Assembly (NCBI RefSeq): GCF_036365525.1 | Contig: NC_090416.1 | Location: 16,464,945 to 16,528,944, forward strand | DNA: 64,000 nt | Direction: 5' to 3' | Source of the DNA: Heterodontus francisci | Lineage: Eukaryota | In this document: positions 47,149-60,248 of the stretch, in pieces | Layout: the number at the start of each line of letters is the position of its first letter | Numbering within the stretch: the first letter of the stretch is position 1 | Notes under the pieces: generated by a model | What the model saw: only the letters and a program-made list of their open reading frames with translations | Told to the model about the DNA's origin: nothing | Databases searched by the model: none | Made by a program: the position numbers and the translations under genes

Positions 47149-47678
47149 TCTCCGGGTTCCCGGAGTTACAGTAATCTTGTTGAAGTGAAAGCACAATTGC
47201 TAAATGTGTGAGAAGCTGAACTCAGCTTTGCTCGTGTAGTTGAATAGAGGGTGCACATATGTAGTTAAATGGAGTCATCCACGTATGTAGTTAAATGGAG
47301 TCATCCACGTATGTAGTTAAATGGAGTCATCCACGTATGTAGTTAAATGGAGAGTGCCAGTGTGCAGTAAAATGGGGTTGTGCACATGTCTAATGGAAAG
47401 CAGTTCAGCACCTCTAGGTTCATAGAATCTCTCACTTTGCACAGCAGATGTCACATGGCTGCAGCTTTGCCCAGGGAGCCTACCCGGTTCACACAGGATA
47501 GGCCAGGTGTTAAAGCAAGAGCATTTGGTGCTGCCTATTGAAGCTTGCACAGCGGTTAAAGGAAAATACAATTAAAGCTCACAAGATGGGAATCTTGTAA
47601 AGTGTCAGCCATGGCCTCGTGGGTTCAAGTCCCAATCCAGAGACTTGAGCACAAAAAACAGTCTCACATTCCCCGTGT

Positions 47679-47869
47679 AGTACTGAGGGAGCGCTGCACT
47701 GTCGGAGGGTCAGTACTAAGAGAGTGCGGCACTGTCGGAGGGTCAGTACTGAGGGAGTGCTGCACTGTCGGAGGATCAGTACTGAGGGAGTGCTGCACTG
47801 TCAGAGGGTCAATACTGAGAGAGTGCTGCACTGTCAGAGGGTCAGTACTGAGGGAGTGCTGCACTGTCT
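47679..47869 (+). repeat. 33-bp minisatellite, ~6 copies
   Basis: Direct reading. Confidence 0.93.
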
Positions 47870-48324
47870 GAGGTGCTATCTTCACAAGTCCCCCTCAGGT
47901 GGACATTATCGATCCCATGACTCTATTTGAAGGAGAGCAGGTGCCCTGGACAATATATATTCCAACATTAACACCTAAAACTGTAACTGGTCATTATCAC
48001 ATTGCTATTTGTGGGAGCTTGCTGTGTAAATGACTGTCAGATTTCCTGCATTTCAACAGTGACTACATTTCAAAACACACTTCAAAAGTACGTCATTAGA
48101 TGTAAACCACTTTGGGGCAGCCTAGTGATCAGACCACTCTGTCTCTCCATCTGTCTATCTGTCTATGTATCTGACCACTCATCNNNNNNNNNNNNNNNNN
48201 NNNNNNNNNNNNNNNNNNNNNNNNNNNNNNNNNNNNNNNNNNNNNNNNNNNNNNNNNNNNNNNNNNNNNNNNNNNNNNNNNNNNNNNNNNNNNNNNNNNN
48301 NNNNNNNNNNNNNNNNNNNNNNNT

Positions 48325-48540
48325 AGTTCCAGACCGGTAAGTTTAAAAAACTTACTTCGGGGATTCTCGCACCAGGCTCGGAGGGCGGAGTTAACCTCGG
48401 GAATTTTCGGAGCAAACTCGGAGATTCTCGGTCAGACTCGGAGGCCGGAATTAATCTCGGGGATTCTCGGACAGAGTCGGAGGGCGTGGTTAACCTCGGC
48501 GATTCTCGGACAGACTCGGCGGGCGGAGTTCATGTCGATG
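48325..48540 (+). repeat. 39-bp minisatellite, ~5 degenerate copies
   Basis: Direct reading. Confidence 0.85.
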
Positions 48541-48604
48541 GGCCGAAGGGCCTGTTTCAGTGCTGTATCTCTAAATAAAAATAAAAAAATAAAAAATAAA
48601 ATAA

Positions 48605-51600
48605 TATTTATAGTAGAAATCTAGCACTAGGGACCATGTAGTTAATTATAACAATTTAGTAAGGATTTAATAAGTATTTATTTTATATTAATTAACTAAT
48701 TAGTGATAGAAATGTCAGTTAAAGGGGTGAAGTGCTTCACCTGTGAGATGTGGGAAGTCCGTGACACTTCCAGTATTCCGGGCGACTCCGCCTGCAGGAA
48801 GTTTACCCAGTTGCAGCTCCTCACAGACCACATGGATCGGTTGGTGCGGCAACTGGATGCACTTCGGAGCATGCAGGTGGCAGAGAGCATCATAGACAGG
48901 AGTTTTAGAGAAGTGGTTACACCCAATGTGCAGGCAGATAGATGGGAGACCGCTAGAAGTGGCAGGCAGTCAGTGCAGGAATCCCCTGTGGCTATCCCCC
49001 CTCGCTACACCATTTTGGATACGGTTGGGGGGGATGGCCTATCAGGGGAAAACAACAGCAGCAGCCAGAGCAGTGGCACCACAGCTATCACTGTTGTTCA
49101 GCAGGGAGGGACAAAGCGCAAAGAACAATAGTTATCGGGGACTCTATAGTCAGGGGCACAGATAGGCGCGAATGTGGACGTGAAAGAGACTCCAGGATGG
49201 TATGTTGCCTCCCTGGTGCCAGGGACAAGGATGTCTCTGAATGGACAGGGGGCATTCTGAAGGGCGAGGATGCACAGCCAGAGGTTGTGGTACACATCGG
49301 TACCAATGACAGAGGCAGGAAGAGTGATGAGGTCCTGCAGGGGGAGTTTAGGGAGTTAGGTAGAAAGTTAAAAAAACAGGACCTCTAGGGTTGTAATCTC
49401 TGGATTAGTCCCTGTGCCACGTGCCAGTGAGGCTAGAAATAGGAAGATACTGCAGCTAAACACGTGGCTGAGCAGCTGGTGTAGAAGGGAGGGTTTCAGA
49501 TATCTGGACCATTGGGCTCTCTTCAGGGACAGATGGGACCTGTACAAGAAGGACGGGTTGCATCTAAACTGGAGGGGCGCTAATATCCTGGCTGCAAAGT
49601 TTGCTAAGGAGAATATCACAGCTGTACTGCGGGAGGACACCTCAGAGAGGTCATGCAGCGAGGCAATATGGGTGGAGCTCAGGAATAGGAAGGGTGCAGT
49701 CACGATGTTGGGGGTTTACTACAGGCCTCCCAACAGCCAGCGGGAGGTAGAGGACAAGATATGTAGACAGATTTTGGAAAGATGTAAAGGTAACAGGGTT
49801 GTGGTGGTGGGTGATTTTAACTTCCCCTATATTGACTGGGACTCACTTAGTGCTAGGGGCTTGGATGGGGCATAATTTGTGAGGAGCATCCAGGAGGGCT
49901 TCTTGAAGCTGTATGCAGACAGTCCAACTAGGGATAGGGCCATTCTGGACCTGGTATTGGGGAATGAGCCCGGCCAGGTGGTCGAAGTTTCAGTGGGGGA
50001 ACATTTCGGGAGCAGTGACCATAATTCTATAAGTTTTAAGGTAGTTGTGGATAAGGATAAGAGTAGTCCTCGGGTGAAGGTGCTAAATTGGGGGAAGGCT
50101 AATTATAACAATATTAGGCAGGAATTGAAGAATTTAGATTGGGGGCGGCAGTTTGAGGGTAAATCAACATCTGACATGTGGGAGTCTTTCAAACGTCAGC
50201 TGATTAGAATCCAGGACCAGCATGTTCCTGTGAGGAAGAAAGACAAGTTTGGCATGTTTCGGGAAATTTGGATAACACTGGATATTGTGAGCCTAGTCAA
50301 AAAGAAAAAGGAAGCATTTGTGAGGGCTGGAAGGCTAGGAACAGACGAAGCACTTGAGGAACATAAAGACAGTGGGAAGGAACTTAAGCAAGGAGATAGG
50401 AGGGCTAAAAGGGGTCATAAAAGGTCATTGGCAAACAGGATTAAGGAGAATCCCAAGGCTTTGTATACATATATAAAGAGCAAGAGGGTAACCAGGGAAA
50501 GGGTTGGCCCACTCAAGGATAGAGATGGGAATCTATGTGTGGAGCCAGAGGAAGTGGGCGAGGTGCTAAATGAGTACTTTGCATCAGTATTCACCAAAGA
50601 GAAGGACTTGGTGGATGATGAGCCTAGGGAAGGGAGTGCAGATAGTCTCAGTCATCTCATTGTTAAAAAGGAGGAGGTGTTGGGTGTTTTGCAAAGCATT
50701 AAGGTAGATAAGTCCCCAGGGCCTGATGGGATCTACCCTAGAATACTGAGGGAGGCAAGGGAAGAAATTGATGGTTTCTTGTCAGAAATCTTTGCATCAT
50801 TTTTGGCTACAGGTGAGGCCCCAGAGGACTGGAGAATAGCCAATGCTGTTCCTTTGTTTAAGAAGGGTGGCAAGGATAATCCAGGAAATTATAGGCCGGT
50901 GAGCCTTCCGTCAGTGGTAGGGAAACTATTAGAGAGGATTATTCGGGACAGGATTTACTCCCATTTGGAAACAAACGAACTTATTAGTGAGAGACAGCAT
51001 GGCTTTGTAAAGTGGAGGTTGTGTCTTACTAATTTGAATGAGTTTTTTGAGGAAGTGACGAAGATGATTGATGAAGGAAGAGCAGTGGATGTTATCTATA
51101 TGGACTTTATTAAAGCCTTTGAGAAGGTCCCGCATGGCAGACTGGTACAAAAGGTAATGTCACATGGGATCAGATGTGAGCTGGCAAGATGGATACAGAA
51201 CTGGCTCGGTCATAGAAGACAGAGGGTATCAGTGGATGGGTGTTTTTCTGAATGGAGGGATGTGACTAGTGGTGTTCCGCAGGGATCAGTGCTGGGACCT
51301 TTGCTGTTTGTAGTATATATAAATGATTTGGAGGAAAATGTAGCTGGTCTGATTAGTAAGTTGGCGGACGACACAAAGGTTGGTGGAGTTGCGGATAATG
51401 ATGAGGATTGTCAGAGGATACAGCTGGATATAGATCAGTTGGAGACTTGGGTGGAGAAATGGCAGATGGAGTTTAATCTGGACAAATGTGAGGTAATGCA
51501 TTTTGAAAGGACTAATGCAGGTGGGAGGTATACAGTAAATGGCAGAACCCTTAGGAGTATTGACAGACAGAGAAATCTGGGCGTACAGGTCCACAGGTCA

Positions 51601-52276
51601 CTGAGAGTGGCAACGCAGGTGGATAAGGTAGTCAGGAAGGCATACGGCATGCTTGCCATCATTGGTCGGGGCATAGAGTATAAAAATTGGCAAGTCATGT
51701 TGCAGCTGTACAGAACCTTAGTTAGGCCACACTTAGAATACTGCGTGCGATTCTGGTCGCCACACTACCAGAAGGACGTGGAGGCTTTGGAGAGGGTACA
51801 AAGGAGGTTTATCAGGATGTTGCCTGGTCTGGAGGGCATTAACTATGAGGAGAGGTTGGAAAAAGTCGGATTGTTTTCACTGGGACGACGGAGGTGGAGG
51901 GGCGACATGATAGAGGTTTACAAAGTTATGAGCGGCATGGACAGAGTGGATAGTCAGAAGCTTTTTCCCAGGGTGGAAGAGTCAGTTACTAGGGGACATA
52001 GGTTTAAGGTGCGAGGGGCAAAGTTTAGAGGGGATGTGCGAGGCAAGTTTTTGACACAGAGGGTGGTGAGTGCCTGGAACTTGCTGCCAGGGGAGGTGGT
52101 GGAAGCAGATACGATAGCGACGTTTAAGAGACATCTTGACAAATACATGAATAGGAAGGAAATAGAGGGATTTGGGCCCCGGAAGTGCAGAAGTTGTTAG
52201 TTTAGGCAGGCATCAAGATCGGTGCAGGCTTGGAGGGCCGAATGGCCTGTTCCTGTGTGGTACTGTTCTTTGTTCT
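48605..52276 (+). mobile_element. CR1-clade LINE copy D, with a ~370-nt deletion across the ORF1/ORF2 junction
   Basis: Junction aagtttgct|aaggagaatatc at ~49605. A 773-aa open frame follows at 49879-52200. Confidence 0.95.
49879..52200 (+). pseudogene. CR1 ORF2 remnant: C-terminal half of the APE endonuclease plus a complete RT frame
   Basis: Uninterrupted 773 codons containing PGPDG, GVPQGS and LADD. The endonuclease N-terminus is deleted and a TAA lies at 49873-49875. Confidence 0.85.
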
Positions 52277-54393
52277 NNNNNNNNNNNNNNNNNNNNNNNN
52301 NNNNNNNNNNNNNNNNNNNNNNNNNNNNNNNNNNNNNNNNNNNNNNNNNNNNNNNNNNNNNNNNNNNNNNNNNNNNNNNNNNNNNNNNNNNNNNNNNNNN
52401 NNNNNNNNNNNNNCTTGCTCTATCTATTTGTCTGTCTGTCCATCTCTATCTATCTGTCTGTCCATCTCTGTCTGTCTGTCTGTCTATCCCTCAGTACTGA
52501 CCCTTTGACAGTGCGGCACTCCCTCAGTACTGACCCTTTGGGAACTGAATATTCCAGGGTATTTGACAGTTTGGAATGACAGGAAGCAAGGAAAAGGAGG
52601 TGGTGTAGTTCAGTTAATAAAGGATGAGATCAGTACAGTGGTGAGAAATGATCTTGTATCAGAAAATCAAGATGTGGAATCAGTTTGGGTGGAGATATGA
52701 AATAGCATAAATTCATACAGTAGCTGCACTGTAAGACAGAGTATAAATCAAGAAATAAGGGGGGCTTGTAAGGAAAATACTGCAGTAATCCTGGGTGATT
52801 TTAATCTTCATATAAATTGGAGTAATCAAACTGGTAAAGTTAGATAGAGGATGAGTTCATGGAGTGTACTCAGGACAGTTTCTTAGAACAATACATTCTG
52901 GAACCAATCCGGGAGCAGGATATTTTAGACCTGGTAATGTGCAAGGAGACGGAATTAATTAATGACCTCTTAGTAAAGGAAGAATAGAAAAGCAGAATAT
53001 TATTTACATGGAGAGAGACTGCAGAATGCTGCAGTACAGAGGGATCTGGGTGTCCTTGTACATGGATCACAAAATGTTAACGTGCAGGTACAGCAAGTAA
53101 TTAGGAAGAGAAATGGAATGTTTGTATTTATTGCAATAGGAATGGAGTATAAAAGTAGGGACATCTTGCTACAGCTGTACCGGGTATTGGTGAGACCGCA
53201 CCTAGAATACTGCATGCAGTTTTGGTCTCCTTATTTAAGGAGGGATATACTTGCATTGGAAGCAGTTCAGAGAAGGTTCACTTGGCTGATTCCTGGGATG
53301 AAGGGATTGTCTGATAAGGAAAGGTTGAGCAGGTTGGGCCTGTTTGGAGTTTAGAAGAATGAGAGGTGATCTTATTGAAAAGTGTAACGTTCTGAAGGGG
53401 TTTGACGGGGTAGATACTGAGAGGATGTTTCCCCTCATGGGGGAATCTAGAACTAGGGGGAACAGTTACAGAATACGGGGTCTCCCATTTAAGACGGAGA
53501 TGAGGAGGAATTTCTTCTCTGAGGGTCATTAATCTTTGGAATTCTCTTCCCCAGGGAGCAGTGGAGGCTGGGTCATTGAATATATTCAAGGCTGAGTTGG
53601 AGAGTTTTTTGATCTACAGGGGAGTTGAGGGTTATGGTGGGGGGCAGACAGGAAAGTGGAGATAAGGTCACAATCAGATCATCCATGATCTTATCGAATG
53701 GCAGAACAGTCTCGAGGGGCCGAATGGCCTTCTCCTGTTCTTATTTCTTATGCTTTTATGTTGAAGATATCGTACCTGCTGTATTCAATAGCTGTCCAGG
53801 TCTTTAAAGCCCAAAGTGGCCGTAACTGTTCCTATCTGTGCAGAGACCCCTTGGCAGTAATATAATATAATGAAAATGGCCTGGCTGAAACTCCCCGGGT
53901 CTGGATATCTCAGTACAGATCGGGGAAGGGGTGGTGGGAGTGCTGGAATCTGGGCCTTCCCAGCAAGTGTCCTGTAAGGGAACTGAATGACCTCAACGAA
54001 GGAACGAGTTCACAGAGGGAGATGAGGCTGATGTGATTGCAGTGTGTGCGAACAAGAGGAGGCCATTCAGCCCTTCGAGACTGCTGTACCATTCCATTAG
54101 ATCATAGCTGGTCTGTACCTTAACCCCATATACCCTGCCTTAGCTCCATAGTCCTTGCTGCCCTTACCCAATAAAAATCTATCAACCACAATCTTTATAA
54201 CTCCAATTTTTAATGAAGTGCATTTCTATAGCGTCTTTCACAACCTCAGGATGTTCCCAATGTGCTTCGCAGCCAATGAAATACCTTGAAAAGCAATATT
54301 GGGAAATGAAGAATGGGATGTAGAGCAGGAGGAGTTCAGTTCAGTTCTCCTGAGGGGCCCAGTCCAGATAATGGGTTGTTTTGTTGTAAATGT

Positions 54394-54604
54394 GTGACGT
54401 GTCCAAGAATGTAACCGTTTAACAGTGTTTCTCGGATTTCCGTCCTGTTTCTGTGTGTTTCAGAGCAGGGGAACTGGGCCCAGATGCTACTACTCTCTGC
54501 TGCTTATCAGACAGTGAACAGGGAGGTTTCGGTTCCTCCCCGGGGCTCCTCTCCCACCCCCTGCAGCGAGTGACCACACCACCTGCACCACATCACAAAC
54601 AAGA
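54394..54604 (-). promoter_or_regulatory. Candidate IgL 3' enhancer, cluster 4
   Basis: Copy with all motifs intact; EICE at 54526-54538. Confidence 0.55.
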
Positions 54605-57166
54605 CAAAAACAGCATCGATTTGGGTATCAGGATCTAAAATAAGGCTTTCAGAACACCGCCCAGGTCCCCTGTGGTTGATGACGAGGGCCTGATCTGAGC
54701 TGCATTCAGTGCCATTCTCAGACCCAGTCTGGAACCTGGCTGTTCGGCCATGTGAATCATCAACATTGTAGATTTAACTGGACTGATAAACGTTTGATGG
54801 CCTTTAAGATACTCCTTAAAACCTACCTCTTTGACCGAGCTTTTGGTCACCTGCTCTAATATCTCCGAATGTGGCTCAGCATTAAACTTTGTTTGCTGAC
54901 GCCCCTTGCGACGTTTTATTACATTAAAGGCGCCATATAAATGCAGATTGGTGGTTGTTTGCAGATGACAATTCGTTGAAGACCTTAATAACTAACCGAC
55001 TGCAGGCCATGAAGTACATCAACTAAAGCCACAATTAAAACTCAAGGCTTCTGATGTAAGTACAATACTGAAGGAATACCGCACTGCCGGAGGGGCTATC
55101 TGTCACTTGGAATCTGCCCTCTGTTAAAGATACTGCAACCCCCATTTATAAAAGAGTTGGGGAGTTCTCCCCCACCCCCGTGTCTTGGCTGATATTTATC
55201 CTTCAATCAATATCACAAAAAAAGATCACCTGGGTCATTATCTCATTGTTATGTGTGTGGGATCATGCTGTGCACAAATTGTCTGCTGTGTTTCCTACAT
55301 TGCAACATTTGACTAGACTTCAAAAAAAATACTTGGTTGGCTGTAAAGCGCTGTGGGACATTCTGAAGCTGTGAAAGGAGGCTCACTGTCACCTTCTCAG
55401 GGGGACAAATAGTGATGGACAATAAATGGCTGGTCTTACCAGAGATGCCCACATCTCGAGAATGAAGAAGTGCAGGTTCTGTCTCTCTGGACGCTGTGAT
55501 GTCCCCTTGTAAAACATACTGAAACTAAATAGTTCTAAAAACATCTGCATAAATACAGCATCCTCAGACTCGAGATGAGGATTAAACCTACATTTAATAC
55601 CTCTTTAAGTGCGTGGCCCCTTTAAGGTGTGCTGAGGGACTGGGCTTTTCCAGCACTCTCCGTCCATTTACTCTTTGAGGTGATGCAACCGATACTCTCT
55701 CCACAGCCGGGGGCTCAGTTAACAGCCCTTCCCTCTTATGGCCCCTAGTTCTGCTCTCACCCGCAAGTGGAAACGTCTCGCCTTATCGAGTCCTTTCATA
55801 ACCTTAAAGGGCTCCATCAGGTCCTACCCTCCCTCCCTCTCAGTCTTCTCTTTTCAACCTATCCTGGTAGCCTATCTCAGTACTGGTACCATCCCAGCAC
55901 ATCTTTTCTTGCACCTTCTCCAGTGTCATTTTATAATATGGAGACGGGAACAGTGCACAGTAATTCCAAGTGTGGTCTAACTGAGGTTCCCTACAAGTTT
56001 GACTTAATGTATCTGCTTCTCAATTCTATCCCTCGAGAAATTAACCCCGGTGTTTGGATTGCTTTTTATATGGCCTTATTCAGCAGCATTGCTGCAGTTA
56101 CTCTGTAACCCTCGATCCACAACCCTATTTAGACTCTTTCTTCCCCACCTCCCCCTCCCTCCAGGACTAGGTGACCTCATTCATCCTCCCAAAAAGTAGC
56201 ACCTCACACTTATCCATACTGACCTTCATTTGCCAATTACACACCCATTCTGCATGTCACTTCATGTCCTGTCATTTGTGATGGACCTAATATTAACTGC
56301 AGCCTCCCCCAATTTGGAGTCATCAGCAAGCTCTCAAATTGTACCTGGGGCTAGTCTGTCCCGTGCCATCCCATCTCTCGGACCGGGATAGTGAGCAGTT
56401 CTCCCTGGGAGGGACGGTATTTTATTCCAAACAGAGGCTTTTCCTGTAAATCACATACAATGATGGTCTAGTATGGGAGAAACTACACTTTAGGATGGGA
56501 GGGTTGTTGAGAGTGTGCAGAGGAGGTTTACCGGAATGGTTCCAGGGATGGGGGAATTCTAGTTATAAGGTCAGCCTGGAGAAGCTGGGATTGTTTTCCT
56601 TGGAGCGAAGGAGATTGCAGGGAGATTTGATAGAGGTGGACAAGATTATGACAGATCTGGATAGAGTAGACAAGGAAAAACAGTTCCCATTAACTGATGG
56701 TACAAGGGCTAGGAGACACAGATTGAACGTTTTGGGCAAGAGATACAGGGCAGAGGGGGGTGGGGGGGATGTGAGGAAGAAATTATTTATTTTTAAATGC
56801 AGTGAGTGACAATGACCTGGAACTCACTGCCTACCAGAGTGGTGGAAGCGGGAGACAATGATTTCAGTAACACTTGAAGGAAATAAATTCGCAGGGGGCC
56901 ACGGGGGAGTGGGACTGACTGGATTGCACTACGGGGAGCTGTCATGGATCCGAGGGGCCGAATAACCTCCTTCTGCGCCAGAAATAAAATCGAAGACGTT
57001 TAAAATAGTTAACTCTGCTTGAATATTTTTTATTAAATCTGCCCAAAAGAAAAATCCTCAAATCGCCAATATTCGTACAGTTAACCACTGACTTGCACCA
57101 ATATCCACCTCAACTCACCCCCCCACCCCCACAAAAAATAACAGAGCAATTTGAATTCATGTCATC

Positions 57167-57172
57167 TTTATT
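57167..57172 (-). terminator. Poly(A) signal, cluster 4
   Basis: AATAAA at the homologous position. Confidence 0.75.
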
Positions 57173-57501
57173 AAAACAGCCACACACACAGAGATACACT
57201 TTTCAATTCTAACAAATGGTACTGCTGAGAGAAAGGAGAGAGGGAGCAGAACCCATCCAGCTCCCAATGGGAATGTACTCCCGGGATAGGTGTTCCTGAT
57301 ATTCACTGTCACTCACCTGCGCCCCCCAGTTAAAATTGGATCCAAAATTGGATCGTTAAACTGCGATTGAAGTGACTGTTTCAACATCGTTGGCCACATT
57401 TGCTACAGTGATTACATTGTAAAACAACAACAACAACATTCCACATATTGAATAATATTTCATCAGCAATAAATCAAACTCTAAACCCCAGTTGCCCCCT
57501 C

Positions 57502-57830
57502 TCAGTCGGAACAAGCGGTGGAGCTGATGGTTTTGAGGAGAGGTGAGCTCAGAGAGCCGTGGTCCACACTGCAGGTATAGCTGGAGCCCTTATTCCAGGC
57601 AGTGGCGGGGACTCTCAGGTAACTGCTCAGGCTGTAGGTTTGATCACTGTCCGTGGACACGGTGCCTGTGGTCACCCCGCTGTCTGTCTCTTTATCATCC
57701 ACTCTCCAGAGAACCCGCACGAAACCCGGCTTAAAGCGGCTCACCAGGCAGGACAGAGTAGCCCATCCGGAGTCTATTTCTTCCGAGGAAGGAGGGAGCA
57801 GGAGAACTGATGGTTTCCGATCCTCACTAC
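57502..57830 (-). CDS. IgL constant exon, cluster 4
   Basis: Same protein as C1, with two silent substitutions. Confidence 0.96.
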
Positions 57831-59159
57831 CTGTGTGTGTGAGAGACAGGGTGGAAGAAAGGAATCTCACTGTTAGTATCAATCATTTTTTCTAAAAGGC
57901 ACATCCAGAATTAGTAACACATACTATAATTTAAAACAAACATTTAACTTGACTTCAGACTTAGGTAGAGACAGTAAATAATATAACAGCCTGAGTGTTT
58001 CCAGCACTCGATTTCAGATTTCCAGCATCTGCAGGATTTTGCTTTGATTGGATTAAAATTAAATATTTAGTCCAATCTTAACTCCCTGTCAATTGAGAGC
58101 TGGACTTGTACATGGATTCGAGACATTCAGATAAATTAATTAACTGAATATTAAATACAACAGACAATATCGAATTGTTTAAAATTCAGGGGCAGATTAA
58201 AATCAAAAGTTTAAAAATTGAGGAAGTTTCACATTTCGGATAGGCTGTACTGGAGGTCTTATGGAGGTGCTCGGAGTATGTATTGGGAGTAACTCAACCT
58301 CCCAGATCCACACTCAGAGTTCGGTGATCACCTCACCAGGAAAAATTCTTTATTTAAATAAAAAAGGTTTTAAAAGTAATAAAGTTCGGGGCGGTTTCCA
58401 TTTAGAAAGTAGGTTAGACACTTCACATGAAGGAATGACAGCCGGAAGGAGGGGGCTGGGAAGGGAGACAGGGGGTCGGGGCTAATGGGACCGGGTGCAT
58501 TAGGAACAGACAAGATGGGGGGGCGCAGAATGAGGCCATTCGGTCCATCGAGTCCGTGCCGCAGCCTAATCCACCTCCCAACTTTGGGAGTCTTTTTTTG
58601 AGGTGGGGGAGGGGGTGCTAGTGTCAAACTCGACCCCCTTTGAGTGTGAGTAAAATTCCTGTTTGTAAATCTTCCAGCAACACCCGGGGCAGGCTCGCTA
58701 TTTATACAACAGTGCAGCGAATAGACGGAGAAGTCCACACCTGCACACTGCAGACCTGGCCGAACAGACTCGAGGGGCTGAATGGCCTTTCTCCCCTGTT
58801 CATTCTGCATTTTTTTTTGCCAATGGAGTTTTTCTTCGGTTCTGAGGAAAGGTCAGAGACCCGAAACTGTTCACCGTTTCTCCCTCTCTCTCCGCAGAGG
58901 CTGCCCAGACCTGCTGAGTATTTCCAGCATCTTCTGTTTTTTTATTTCAGATTTCCAGCATCCGCAATTGTTTTGCTGCTATTTTAGTGTTTATTTTTCT
59001 ACCCTCCAGAATCCAAATTCCCAGCACTGAATCAGTGGACAGAAAAATAAAAATCTGACCCAATTTGTTTTCACCGTTATCAGGGCAGATCCGATTCTGC
59101 AACAATAAATGAATAAATAATTGAAACAATATGAATGATAGGATGAGGGAATTACTTAC

Positions 59160-59196
59160 TCCGTAAACTCAGGGCGGTCCCAGGTCCGAAGGTAAA
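59160..59196 (-). CDS. IgL J segment, cluster 4
   Basis: FTFGPGTALSLR followed by a GTAAGT donor. Confidence 0.95.
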
Positions 59197-59235
59197 CACA
59201 GTGCAGTGTTTTAATGGGACGGGTCACCTAAAACC
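59197..59235 (+). other. 23-RSS of J4
   Basis: CACAGTG-23-CCTAAAACC. Confidence 0.92.
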
Positions 59236-59550
59236 CAGGCTGGGAAGAAAGAGGGGAAAATATTAATAATCTGTCCTTTATTACATTCCCTTTCACATTC
59301 TGCCTTTCACAGGGGCCGGAATGCTGAGAGTCTGGAGAAAGATTTTCACATATCAGTGAGGAAACCTTGAGAATATCAGTGTTTACCTACCCAGCTAATA
59401 GTCCAAATATTGGGGAAAATCCAAATAAACCCATGGAAACCCAGTGAGATTTTCCACAAGTTACATAAGGAATATTTCTGAAACTCATTTCACAGTCTCA
59501 GGCAGGAATATTTCAGTAGCTGTTGGAATTCTGAGTGGTTCTGTTGGTGC

Positions 59551-59578
59551 AGTTTTTGTATTGCCCTGTCTCACTGTG
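59551..59578 (-). other. 12-RSS of V4
   Basis: CACAGTG-12-ACAAAAACT. Confidence 0.95.
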
Positions 59579-59907
59579 TATGTAGCCTGCTGAGGTATCC
59601 GCGGCAGCACAGTAATAGACGGCGGAGTCTCCCGGTTCCAAGCTGCCGATGGTCAGAATGTGACTGTTACTGGAGGTGTCTCTGGAAGGTTGAAAACGGT
59701 CCGTGAAGCCGGTGCCTCGATAGATGCTACCACTTGTAGAGTGGGCTAACATCCACACGGGAGCCTCCCCGGGTCTCTGTTGGAACCAGTACATGTGGTA
59801 ACTGCCCACGTTGCCGTTCTGCATCGCACACTTTAACTCGGAAGTCTCACCGGCGGAGACTGGGTCTGAAATTGGGGTCTGATTGAGGACAAGAACCGCC
59901 AGGACAC
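59579..59907 (-). CDS. IgL V exon, cluster 4
   Basis: GVLAVLVLNQ...YHMYWFQQ...WMLAHSTSG...RFQPS...YYCAAADTSAGYI; open. Confidence 0.95.
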
Positions 59908-60069
59908 CTTCAACACAAAACACAAGAGAGAGAAAAACACATTCAGTTTATTGGAGCAAAAAAACACACTGATAAATAAACAGGCCGGGCTACCAAATCC
60001 CTTTGCTTCCTAATCTAATGGTTTACAAATGAATAATTGAGTAACGTTCTGTTAACATAAGTCTCTCAC

Positions 60070-60118
60070 CTGTTAAATGGAGTAGCAGGGTCCCCAGGAG
60101 ATACATTACTGCAGCCAT
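60070..60118 (-). CDS. Leader exon, cluster 4
   Basis: MAAVMYLLGTLLLHLT(G) followed by a donor. Confidence 0.92.
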
Positions 60119-60240
60119 TCCCTCCGGGGGGGAAAAAAACCCGTGAAGAATTAGAGAGCAGTGTTTTACTGTAATTCCAGAAAGTGGATCCAGTTACAGT
60201 GCCGGACAAGGTGAGACCAGTATCTATTATATGAACCTGT

Positions 60241-60248
60241 ATGCAAAT
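60241..60248 (-). promoter_or_regulatory. V4 promoter octamer
   Basis: ATTTGCAT on the minus strand. Confidence 0.88.

Larger units (their letters stand above)
57502..60118 (-). other. Ig light-chain cluster 4 (L-V-J-C, unjoined)
   Basis: Same architecture; all signals intact. Confidence 0.95.

Noticed and set aside
1-52276. Autonomous, active CR1 element
   Set aside because: Every copy has stops, frameshifts or deletions in ORF1 and in the endonuclease or RT.
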